This document shows, piece after piece, positions 11,248 through 21,451 of a DNA stretch of 46,389 nt (the first letter of the stretch is position 1; every line of letters starts with the position of its first letter). The notes under the pieces were generated by a model. It worked only from the letters and a program-made list of their open reading frames with translations, was not told the DNA's origin and made no database searches. Position numbers and translations under genes: made by a program. Source of the stretch: Octopus bimaculoides (lineage: Eukaryota); contig NC_068984.1 in assembly GCF_001194135.2 (NCBI RefSeq), positions 83,750,045-83,796,433 of the forward strand. Direction: 5' to 3'.

Positions 11248-12191
11248 ACAGTTGAAAAATGCAGTTAAAAGTTTTCAGAAGGCACATTTTGGGGTTTTTT
11301 GTTTTGTCAAGCACCAGCAAGTAACACAAAATACTTGAAAATGTGAGAAATTGTTAGGCCTTCAACATAAGTATGGCCTTTATCTCAAGGAAACACAACT
11401 TGTGGAATCTCTCAGGCAAAAGAAACAAGTTCAATAATTTTCATATTGTTTGCCATTCTCACTAATCAGTTCCACAGTGCCATGTGGATGAAAGTTCTTT
11501 TCAATCAAAACTCTCTGAAAGCATGAACAATTTAAAATTTGAGATTTTATTCACAAGTACTGAATATAAAAATAAAAAATATACAGACCTTGGACACCGA
11601 GCTTATGTAGTATCTACATAGAAACTAACAGCATCTGGGGCTAAGAGTTGAGCTCAATGTACAGACAAGTAGAGAGGGACTGGAGCAGAGGTAAGAACCC
11701 TCATAAGGTGACACCATTGCAGCCTGCCTACTAGCAAAGCAAACCACACTGGCACACAAACAACACCAATGTGCTGCAAAAATCTTTTAGAACCTCAATT
11801 TTTCAACTGAAAATAACCAAACCAGGAGATAAAAAAAAAGAGAGAAAAAAAAAAAAAAAGAGAAGCCCAAAACTTGATGTGCCTAATTCTTCAGATCCTA
11901 GCAAAATGCCTGCAATTTCCAACAGCAGACAAGGCCTTTTCTCTTCCTTTTTATTATTATCATTATTATTTTTTTTTAATTTATTTCATGTTTTTCTTTT
12001 TTTCCGAGATTTAAAAAATAAAAGCAATGAACACCACAGCAAATAATTTAAATTTTGTCATATAAAAAATTTTCCAATGAGAAGGATTCATTATCCCTTT
12101 TTACTTCCTTTTTCTTTTTGTTTTTGAAATGACAAATAGTTTGTAATGTAAGAGGTGAGGCAACAATGTGTCAAAATTATGGGTTGGTTGC

Positions 12192-12337
12192 NNNNNNNNN
12201 NNNNNNNNNNNNNNNNNNNNNNNNNNNNNNNNNNNNNNNNNNNNNNNNNNNNNNNNNNNNNNNNNNNNNNNNNNNNNNNNNNNNNNNNNNNNNNNNNNNN
12301 NNNNNNNNNNNNNNNNNNNNNNNNNNNNNNNNNNNNN
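12192..12337. other. Assembly gap (N)
   Basis: N run. Confidence 1.
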
Positions 12338-13329
12338 AGATGGTGCCCAAATACTGATGAAGATACGAAATTATTTTTGTTGTTTGCTAATGACTGTTTG
12401 CAGAACAGAGAGCAACAAGGTACTGGCTTAGGAAAATACGAGAAATAGATGAAACAGATGTGGGTGGAAGAGATGAAATGTAATGGCTGGAAAAGAAGTG
12501 TAGAACTAAGAGCAGAAACGAAGGAAGTAGGGGGGGGGCCTCAGAAAAATTTCAGAGAAGAGGGAAAAATCTAATCCACAGATCAGTTATAAATTAATTT
12601 TGTCACTTAACTCTTTAGCAGCTACATCACTGTTTTGTTAGTTGATTGGATCAATCACTACCAATCAAGTAGTCCCATTGGTTGACACAAACAAGATATC
12701 CTGTTAGTCAGATTCTTTTGGTCAATCTCTTAACCATAGGCCTTACTATAAACAATGAAACAAACAAAAACGGTTTAAAAAAAAAAAGATAGAAAAGAGG
12801 ATTGAAGAAAGAAAGCAAAACAGCAAAAAGAATTGGAATAATCACTTCTAACAAAGGTAAGAAAAAGACAGTAACTTGGAGGAGAACAGTCCATCATAAC
12901 AAACCCAGTACTTGACTGGCATTTTATTAGCTCTGGAAAGATGACCACAGCAGGATTAAAACTCAGAGCATAAAGAGTAAGAACAAATTCCACATATTTT
13001 AACCAACAAAGAGACAAGGCCAGAAATTTAACAATTAGTTAAATCTATCCTAGTACTTAATTGATACATCCTGCACCCCGCACAGGAAGAAAGAGTAAGT
13101 TGACCTTGATAGGATGTGTACTCAGAACATAAAACAAAGTTGTAATTAAATACTTTCTAACATAGATGCAAGACCCACAATTTTGGACAATGAGTATAGT
13201 CACTTAGATCAACCCTAGTATTTAATGGATACTTCTTTTATCAAACCCAGATGATTGAAAGGACATGTAACTAAATAACTACAAGGTACATAAATCTGTC
13301 ACTTCATTTCTCATTAACTTCCCTATTTA

Positions 13330-13490
13330 ATAATAATTGGTTCAAATTTTGGCACAAGGCCAGCAATTTCAGAGGTAATGGGTACCGACCCCAAAAGGAT
13401 TAAAAGACAAAGTTGACCTTGGCATAGAAAGTAAAGAGTTGAAATAAATACTGTGAGGCATTTTGTCTGGTGCACTAATGATTCTGAGAA
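13330..13490 (-). mobile_element. SINE family A, degenerate copy
   Basis: ttcaaattttggcacaaggcc...aaagttgaccttggc...cactaatgattctg is the reverse complement of family A. Confidence 0.6.
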
Positions 13491-14084
13491 TATGCTTCAA
13501 GATTTAAGATAAGGAGATACAAGAAATTGTGATAGTCATGCTGCTCAAAGAGTATAAAATCAACATCTTTTGAGTAGCTTGGAGGAGAAATGAAAATTGG
13601 GACACTGAAAAGAATTTTATAAATTTAACCTCATGGAACATCATAAATTGAAACAACCAATACCAATAGTTGATCCTAGTCAGAGATTTGAACTAAGAAC
13701 AGTGTGTTGCCAATCTAGACAATGCAAAGCATTTTATAGTCAATTTTCTTCTATCTTTGACATTCATCCATCTTCTCTGCTTTAATAATACTGATACTTT
13801 AATAATATTAACCATTTCTAACATGATGATAATGATAATAATAATAATAATTAATAATAATAATTTAGCACAAGGCCAGACCTTTCTAAGGGGAAAAGAA
13901 ATAGAAAAAGTGAAATGTTCATGCCATCATCACCCCATCTTGTAAAGAATATTAAATTCAGAATTTAGACCAAGTGGACTTAATTCATCAAAATTTAATT
14001 ATATAATTGATAACCCCACCCACCAAAAAAAAAAAGGCAAATGAAAATAAATATGATTTCATTATAATAACAATAATAATTATT

Positions 14085-14215
14085 TCAAATTTTAGTACAA
14101 GGGCAACATTTTTAGAGGGAGGGGGTTAGTCAATTACATTAGACCAGTACTCAACTGGTACATATTTTATCAACCCTGAAGAGACAAAATCAACCTCAGT
14201 AGAATTTGAACTCAT
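14085..14215 (-). mobile_element. SINE family A, degenerate minus copy
   Basis: caattacattagaccagtactcaactggtac...gaatttgaactca is the reverse complement of the family A core. Confidence 0.6.
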
Positions 14216-14410
14216 TAGTGTGGTTGGACAAAATACTTAGTGACATTTCTTGCAGTTCTGTATGATCTTAGTTCAAATCCCACTGAAATCAACTTTGGTT
14301 TCATCTTTCCATGGGTCAATAAAGTAAGGTACCAGTTAGGTGCTGGGGTCAGTGTAATCAACTAACATCCTCCCACTAAAATTACTAGCCAAAATATGAA
14401 ACAATATTAC
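14216..14410 (+). mobile_element. SINE family A, degenerate plus copy
   Basis: ttagttcaaatcccactgaaatcaactttggtttcatc...gtaccagttaggtgctggggtcagtgtaatc. Confidence 0.65.
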
Positions 14411-15744
14411 TAAAAGTGGCACAAAATTGCATCTGGGAAAAGATCTGGTTGATCAGAGAGAAAGGAACAGTTGATTAAACTGACCTAAGTACTTGATAAA
14501 TGCTTATTTTATCAATTGCTGATGGATGAAAGCCAAACTTAACCAACTCTAACATAGGGACATGACCACAAATTCCAGGAGGAGGTAGTCAAATCGACCC
14601 CAGGACTTGGTTGGTACTGCATTTTATTGGTCAAATGCTCAGATTGATTTAAATGACTAATACCTCCTCATCTACTATGTAGACTGGTATCAATCATAGA
14701 AACTATTAAGTATGCCTTCCATCCATCAGTGGTCAATAAAATAAGATGTAAATAATAACTGTTTTGTCACACTTGGTGTGCAAATCTACAAATGGAGTGA
14801 TGTAATAGTAGTTGTGGTAATGGTGGTAATAGTATTAAAATAGTTTTAGCGAGAGAGATTGTTATGTCTGTAGTGAGGAGAGAGAAAGAGAAAGGAAGAT
14901 GTTGGAATAACTATAGCAACTGGCAGAGCTGACGAGGCCCAGAAAGGCAAACAGTCTTGTTTTGAGCTGAAAACTATCACAAAAGATCCTATTTAAATGC
15001 AGTCTGAGAGCTAAGTGTATGTATGTATATTATATATTATACATGTGTATTTATATATACACAAACACACAAATGTACATTCACACTCATGTATAAGTAT
15101 ATACATTCACACATCATATACAAATAAAAATGCATGTGTATAGATGTATACACACCAACACACTCATTCACAAACACACATACACATATTACACACCTTT
15201 TTTTCTTTCTTTTTTTTTCTTTGACGGTGTGCAGAGTTAAAAAATTAAAAAAACGGGCCCGAAAAAAAGCTGGGAGCAGAATCAAGGGTAAGGCTACTAT
15301 AAATTGGTATGAGAGTCTTTATTGGTTTTTTTTTTTTTAAATTAGACAAGTTCTTTTTTTTTTGTGTTGGTTTTTTTATACACTGTCCAGACGAGAGCAA
15401 CTTTTTTTTATACACAAGTCTGCTGCTGTTGCTGCACCACCATCACTATCATTATTATTATTATTATTATTATAATTATTATCATCATCATCAACATCAC
15501 CATTACTAGCAGCTGTGCCAGTACTACCACTACCATCACCTACCACTTTCTGTAGTCATTGCTATTTCCCTTTGTTCAAGTTGCTGCCATCACCAAGACT
15601 TCAAACTTCAATGTGAAAAGGGGGAAGGGAGAGAGAAAGAGAGAGAGAGAGGAGAAAGCTGTGTTTCAGTTGGGAGGAAAAGGCCTTTTTTTTTTTTTTA
15701 AATCTTTTATTACACCCTCAACTTTCATTCTATCCCCACCTCCT

Positions 15745-15800
15745 CAATAATAATAATAATAATAATAGTAATAATAATATAATAATAATAATAATAATAA
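15745..15800. repeat. (AAT)n microsatellite
   Basis: Seen directly. Confidence 0.95.
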
Positions 15801-16289
15801 TTTTTAAAAATTTTTTAATCAAGCAACTTACATTCTCATTCCCACCCCGCTTCTTCACACACATCTTTTTAAGTTTGGTATCTGAAATTTTTTTTTTCAA
15901 TTTTGTCTTTTTTTTTTAAATTTTTTTTTTTTTTTTACATTTCCACACTGGCCATCCAGGGTTTATCAATTGACACTTACATGCACACACAATCATACTA
16001 AAACACACCACATACACCATCCATACAAACATGCACACGCAAGCACACACATCACATCACATACGCACTAGCACATGCACACAGACGGGTTAATGTAATG
16101 GTTTCATTCCATTCCACAGACACTTTCAGAAGAAGTTAACTCGGCATTGCTTTAGTCCATAGTTTAAATACTCCGGTAGTGCTACATATTTACAGATAAC
16201 TTGTTGCTATTTACATGTCAGAGAGATTTTTGTTTGTGTATGAAATACAATGGCATGATGCTGGGGAGAAATCCAAGGGAGTGTTGTTG

Positions 16290-16432
16290 AGGTGGTTGGT
16301 GGTGGTGGTGGTGGTGGTGGTGTTGGTAACTGTGACAGTTGTGGTGATGTTTGTGGTAGTAATGGTGATGCTGATGCTTAGTGGTAGTTGTGGTAGTGGA
16401 GGTGGAAGGGTAGTGGTGGTGGTTGTGAAGGC
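16290..16432. repeat. Degenerate (GGT)n repeat; (ACC)n on the gene sense strand, in the 3' UTR
   Basis: Seen directly. Confidence 0.85.
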
Positions 16433-16579
16433 TTAATGAAGGTCAACGGCAGCTAGAACACAGGCCAGCAACAAGAGGAGGAGAGGAGTGGATAATGACG
16501 TGTAGCTATGTACAATGAACTGACAACAACAGCTGCAAACACACAAGCAGCACTGCACCACTACAGCCAACTCCAGTTT

Positions 16580-16635
16580 TCATCTGTGGTCACGAGATGA
16601 ACGGCGCCGCTTGTGCCAGACTTGATCTGGTAAAT
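16580..16635 (-). CDS. NCOA6: NCOA6 homologue, terminal coding exon D: DLPDQVWHKRRRSSRDHR*
   Basis: Acceptor gattgtttcttattttgcag|AT, phase 1, TGA at 16582-16580. The basic C-terminal tail resembles the basic end of vertebrate NCOA6 (from recall). Confidence 0.7.
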
Positions 16636-16779
16636 CTGCAAAATAAGAAACAATCATTATATTTAAGCCATCTATATATACGATAACAGAAACAAAATAT
16701 ATAATAAATAAAAATTAGAATCCAAAGATGTTAGTGATGGTTTGAACTGGAAAAAAATCCTTTCAAATTTGCAAATGAT

Positions 16780-16945
16780 AACATCATCATCATTTAGCGT
16801 CTGTTTTCCATCCTGACATGGGTTGGACAGTTTCACTGAAAATTGGTAAGCTGGGGAACTGCACCAGGTTCCAATCTGATTTGGCATGGTTTCTACAGGT
16901 GGATGCCATCCTAACGCCAACCACTCCAAGAGTGTAGTGAATGTT
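16780..16945 (+). mobile_element. Interspersed repeat family D (starts catcatcatttagcgtctgttttccat; possibly RTE-related SINE)
   Basis: Shares tttctacag.tggatgcc.tcctaacgccaaccactc with 46150-46195 and ttccatgctggcatggg with 35270 and 44250. Confidence 0.7.
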
Positions 16946-17289
16946 CTTTACCTTCTATAAAACACTACTTGAAATTTCAGTTCAGTCATCTTCCTACAAC
17001 ATGTAAGCTTATCTAAATTAACAAACTTTAAAAAAATATTAATTTCTCTTTCAACTGAAAAACTTTCAATAAGCTGCAAGTAGATTTTTGTTGTGTAACT
17101 CAAGTAAGCTCTGACGAAGCAGACCAAACTCTATAAAAATAGAATAATTAGGTGTAATCCACAGTCCCACTAGGTGACTATTACACTACACATTTGACTT
17201 TTAGTTGATAAAATGACACCAGTAATAGTGTCAATTTCAATCACTCTACCTAAAGAATGTGCAACTTTGCGCAGCATTACCTTCATTAT

Positions 17290-17640
17290 TATTTGGCTGA
17301 ATCTCTAAGAGTATGGATAGAAATGCCTTACAATATTTAGTCGAGATGTTCTGTGTTCAAATTCCATCAGTCAACTTTGCTTTTCATTTCCTCAGGGACT
17401 GATACAATAAAACTACCAGTAAAGTACAGGGGTCAGTGGTATCAACAAACCCCTTGCATCAAAACTGCTGGCCAATTATTATTATTAAGGCGGCAAGCTG
17501 GCAGAATTATTCTGAGTTCAAATTCCAACGAGGTCGACTTTGCCTTTCATCCTTTCAGAGTCGATAAATTGAGTGCCAGTTGCATACTGGGGTCAATTTA
17601 ATCGACTGGCCCCTTCTCCCAAAATTTCAGGCCTTTATTG
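17290..17640 (+). mobile_element. Two tandem SINE family A copies (17290-17475 old; 17489-17640)
   Basis: Repeated gttcaaattcc...gtcaactttgc.tttcat core, separated by (ATT)n. Confidence 0.75.
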
Positions 17641-18020
17641 ACAGGAAGGTGAAAGTTTGCAAAAATGGCAAGAGTGGATGGTACCTCTCTAAGTGTAGCC
17701 CAGTGGGCCAGAGAGAAGGAACTGGAGAGGGCACTTGCTTTTGTGATATCAGGGATAACTTGGATAGTGCGTCCCTTGATTATCCCTAGAGACCTTCCCG
17801 TATCAGGAGGGTCATATCTCTATCATCCTCCCCACCACTTTCTTTCTTTTTTTTAACCTTTGTATGCTATGCATATGTCCCTTCTTTTTCGATGTATACT
17901 GTGTATACTTAATTTCTTTCCTTTTTTTTTATCATTTCATTAAGTGTAAACCCTCACACTTTGTCTTTGTATTGTCTCCCTCGTCCTTCACCCTTGTGGC
18001 AAATAAATGAAATCATCATC
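17640..18020 (+). mobile_element. Probable 3' end (ORF C-terminus plus 3' UTR) of a non-LTR retrotransposon, possibly L1/Tx1-like
   Basis: Pyrimidine-rich 3' region ending aaataaatgaaa(tca)n, with a tail similar to SINE copy 602-821. Clade assignment rests on weak recall of the RKVKV / MARVDGTSLS residues. Confidence 0.4.
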
Positions 18021-18024
18021 ATCA

Positions 18025-18057
<33 letters not shown>

Positions 18058-18730
18058 NNNNNNNNNNNNNNNNNNNNNNNNNNNNNNNNNNNNNNNNNNN
18101 NNNNNNNNNNNNNNNNNNNNNNNNNNNNNNNNNNNNNNNNNNNNNNNNNNNNNNNNNNNNNNNNNNNNNNNNNNNNNNNNNNNNNNNNNNNNNNNNNNNN
18201 NNNNNNNNNNNNNNNNNNNNNNNNNNNNNNNNNNNNNNNNNNNNNNNNNNNNNNNNNNNNNNNNNNNNNNNNNNNNNNNNNNNNNNNNNNNNNNNNNNNN
18301 NNNNNNNNNNNNNNNNNNNNNNNNNNNNNNNNNNNNNNNNNNNNNNNNNNNNNNNNNNNNNNNNNNNNNNNNNNNNNNNNNNNNNNNNNNNNNNNNNNNN
18401 NNNNNNNNNNNNNNNNNNNNNNNNNNNNNNNNNNNNNNNNNNNNNNNNNNNNNNNNNNNNNNNNNNNNNNNNNNNNNNNNNNNNNNNNNNNNNNNNNNNN
18501 NNNNNNNNNNNNNNNNNNNNNNNNNNNNNNNNNNNNNNNNNNNNNNNNNNNNNNNNNNNNNNNNNNNNNNNNNNNNNNNNNNNNNNNNNNNNNNNNNNNN
18601 NNNNNNNNNNNNNNNNNNNNNNNNNNNNNNNNNNNNNNNNNNNNNNNNNNNNNNNNNNNNNNNNNNNNNNNNNNNNNNNNNNNNNNNNNNNNNNNNNNNN
18701 NNNNNNNNNNNNNNNNNNNNNNNNNNNNNN
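18058..18730. other. Assembly gap (N)
   Basis: N run. Confidence 1.
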
Positions 18731-18915
18731 GGCAAAATGCTTGGCGATTTTTCACCTGTCACCACATACTGAGTTCAAATTCTGCCAAGGTCAACTTTGC
18801 CTTTCATTCTTTCAAGGTCAATAAATTAAGTACCAGTGAAACACTGGGGTCAATGTAATTGACTAGTCCCCTCCCCCAAAATTTCAGACCTTGTGCCTTC
18901 AGTAGAAAGGATTAT
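18731..18915 (+). mobile_element. SINE family A (5' part in gap)
   Basis: gagttcaaattctgccaaggtcaactttgcctttcattc core. Confidence 0.8.
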
Positions 18916-18949
18916 TACTATTGAGTGAGTGAGTGAGTGAGTGAGTGAG

Positions 18950-19200
18950 AGCAATGCATGCCAAAGTGGCACTGGGATATAAATATACAAAGCCCAATAT
19001 ACCCATCTTGACTACTAATCTGATAAGGACACATCAAACATATGCATCACAACTGTGTGCATGGTATGGTGATCTCATATCAGGATAAACAGCATATGAC
19101 CTTTTATACCAAGACAAACATGTACATTATAACACTTCCAATCAGTTAAGATCAGAAGCTATGAGAGCCAGTGCCTGGTATTGCATCAGGGCATATTATT
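18950..19200 (+). mobile_element. Unclassified interspersed repeat fragment
   Basis: Resembles a common octopus repeat as I recall it (gagcaatgcatgcc...gcatcagggca). No second copy in the window. Confidence 0.3.
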
Positions 19201-19217
19201 ATTATTATTATTTATGA

Positions 19218-19430
19218 GGGGTGGCAAGCTGGCAGAATCATTAGCACGCCAGGTGAAATGCTTAGCAGAATTTAGCCCATTGCTACATTCTGAGTTCAAA
19301 TTCCACTAAGGTCGACTTTGCCTTTAATCCTTTCAGGGTCAATTAAGTACTAGTGAAACACTGAGATTGATGTAATCGACTCATCCCCACCCCCAAAATT
19401 TTAGGCCTTGTGTCAATATTAGAAAGGATT
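19218..19430 (+). mobile_element. SINE family A
   Basis: ggtggcaagctggcagaatcattagcacgcc head plus core. Confidence 0.85.
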
Positions 19431-19452
19431 ACTAGTTTTATTATTATTGAGG

Positions 19453-19812
19453 TAAAGGCAGTGATACAGCAGAACCATTAGCATGCTGGACAAAGAGCTT
19501 AGCTGCATTTCTTCTGGCTTCACATTCCGAGTTCAAATTCTGCCAAGGCCAACTTTACATTCCATCTTTTTGGTGTCGATAAAATACTAGCTGAGCACTG
19601 GGGTCAACGCCATCAGTTTGGACCCTCCAAAAAGATTCGAGCTTTGTGTCTATAGTGCAGTGGTTCCCAACCTTTTCACAGTGGCTCCCAATCCTTTTAT
19701 TTAAATAAATTTTCCCACGGATCCCGTCTAATAGGCTTATCTTACCTTTGTGGACTACCAGGGGTTCGCAGACCCCAAGTTGGGAACCACTACTATAGTG
19801 GAAAGAATTATT
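19453..19812 (+). mobile_element. SINE family A interrupted near its 3' end by a hAT MITE
   Basis: Core gagttcaaattctgccaaggccaactt; the tail ttgtgtctatagtg|gaaagaattatt is split by the insertion. Confidence 0.75.
19658..19792. mobile_element. 135-bp hAT-type MITE
   Basis: TIR cagtggttcccaac / gttgggaaccacta and a perfect 8-bp TSD CTATAGTG at 19650-19657 and 19793-19800. Confidence 0.92.
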
Positions 19813-20347
19813 ATTTCCTTCCATGCATATGCAGGACTTATATGGCTGATAATTGGCTTCAGCTTACATAAGTATGAAGCTGAGTGAGGCAAATTTGTCT
19901 CTGGTCTTGATATCAGTCTCCTGCAGATATCTTTTCCTTTGAGAAGGACTGAATTTCACAGAAATTCATTTATTACTGCTCTCAGCAATAAATTATACAA
20001 CACACTGAGATTAGCCCAGACAAACACAAAAAAATAGCAGTACCATAAATGCTCTATTTAACACTGCCATAGACAAGCGAGAGAAAAATAGTGCTGATAT
20101 ATTAATTGCAAATAACTTCTAAAGGATTTTCTTTTTAGTGAACAGCAAACATTTATCTGTAAACAATCATTTTCGATTCTTTGCTTCAATCCATGCAATC
20201 AAGATTTTAATAAAGCAAAACCTGACAGTAATCCCAAATGCAAAGCTTCTTACTTAATTAGAGTGCCAAAAGATTTGAAAATATCAAGTTGTTAGCCAAA
20301 GCAAAGCAAAGATGGCCATATGGTGGAGGTTAAAACAAAAATATTAC

Positions 20348-20482
20348 CTTTTGGTCGAGTTGAACCACGCGTTGAACGTTTCACTGGTTCGGCAGGCAAT
20401 TCCTCCTTGTGTTCAGCTGTGGATGAGGCAGCAGCATCAGACAGCTTATTGCGGACTTTCACAGGAGAACGATCACGAACAC
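20348..20482 (-). CDS. NCOA6: NCOA6 homologue, coding exon C (135 bp): VRDRSPVKVRNKLSDAAASSTAEHKEELPAEPVKRSTRGSTRPK
   Basis: Acceptor gatgttttctgcag|GT and donor AAAAG|gtaata. 45 codons, phase 1/1, continuing the frame of exon B. Confidence 0.75.
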
Positions 20483-20727
20483 CTGCAGAAAACATCAACA
20501 ATTTGATTAGGTCACCTAAGTTGTGGAGTCAGTCAGCTAGTGATACAGGTAATTTAAGAGATGATGATAGGAGATAGAGAAAATTATTCAACACTAAGAA
20601 CATTTTTATTCCAACAAATAGCACACAAACAGTAAATTTTAGTACAAGAAAAAGTGAAACTTCCCAGTAAATTTTAATTTTTCTTATAATATGGTGACAG
20701 TGTACAATAGAAAAACGTATTTACACA

Positions 20728-20880
20728 TAGGCACAAGCATGGCGGTATGCTTATGAGGTTGGCTTTGTAACCATGTGGTTTCAGAGTTGATCCCATTGGG
20801 TGGCATCTTCCACTATAACCTTGGGTTGATCAGTTTCTTGTGAGTAAATTTTGGAAGACAGAAACTACATGCAAACCCAT
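20728..20880 (+). mobile_element. SINE family B, degenerate
   Basis: aggcacaagcatggcggtatg...aaccatgtggtt...ttgtgagtaaattt. Confidence 0.6.
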
Positions 20881-21260
20881 TTTGCTTGGTTGTAGGGTTA
20901 TATTTATCAGTCCTATAACTCTATGGCTTGACAAACCAAGAGTGTAACAAACTAAAATATAGTACTGAATTTGATATGATAAATTAAGCCATTAAATGTA
21001 TTTTTTCAAACATGGCTCCAATTCAATGACTGATATATTTTGCCCTTCCATACAAATCGCCATCATTATTATTTGCGCTGTCAATTTACATGTGTTAATC
21101 AGTATTTCTTTTATCTTTCTTTTTATGTTTATATGTTTTGTTAAATGTATGTAAAACATAATACACCAATTAGAGTTATAGCTACATTGTAGGCCTTCAA
21201 TAAAAACATTAGAAATTAGTCTTAAAAAAATACAATTCTTTAGAAGAAGGTAATATATTG

Positions 21261-21451
21261 GTTTCAAATTTTGGCACATGGCCAACGATTTTTTTTTTTT
21301 AGGGGGGGGGGGGCAATGTAATTGACCCCATCAAAGGGATGAAAGGCAAAATTGACCTTGACGGAATTTGAACCCAGAAAGTAAAGATTGAGCAAAAAGG
21401 TGCTAAGCATTTCACCCAGCACGCTAATGATTCTGCCAGTTCACCACCTTC
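21261..21451 (-). mobile_element. SINE family A with a 17-bp target-site duplication
   Basis: Reverse-complement family A copy flanked by aagaaggtaatatattg at 21244-21260 and 21452-21468. Confidence 0.9.

Larger units (their letters stand above)
14760..16579 (-). other. Probable NCOA6 3' UTR (minimum extent; true end unknown)
   Basis: Directly follows the stop codon. No recognisable SINEs, U-rich on the sense strand, with AATAAA candidates at 15711-15706 and 15323-15318. Confidence 0.45.
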
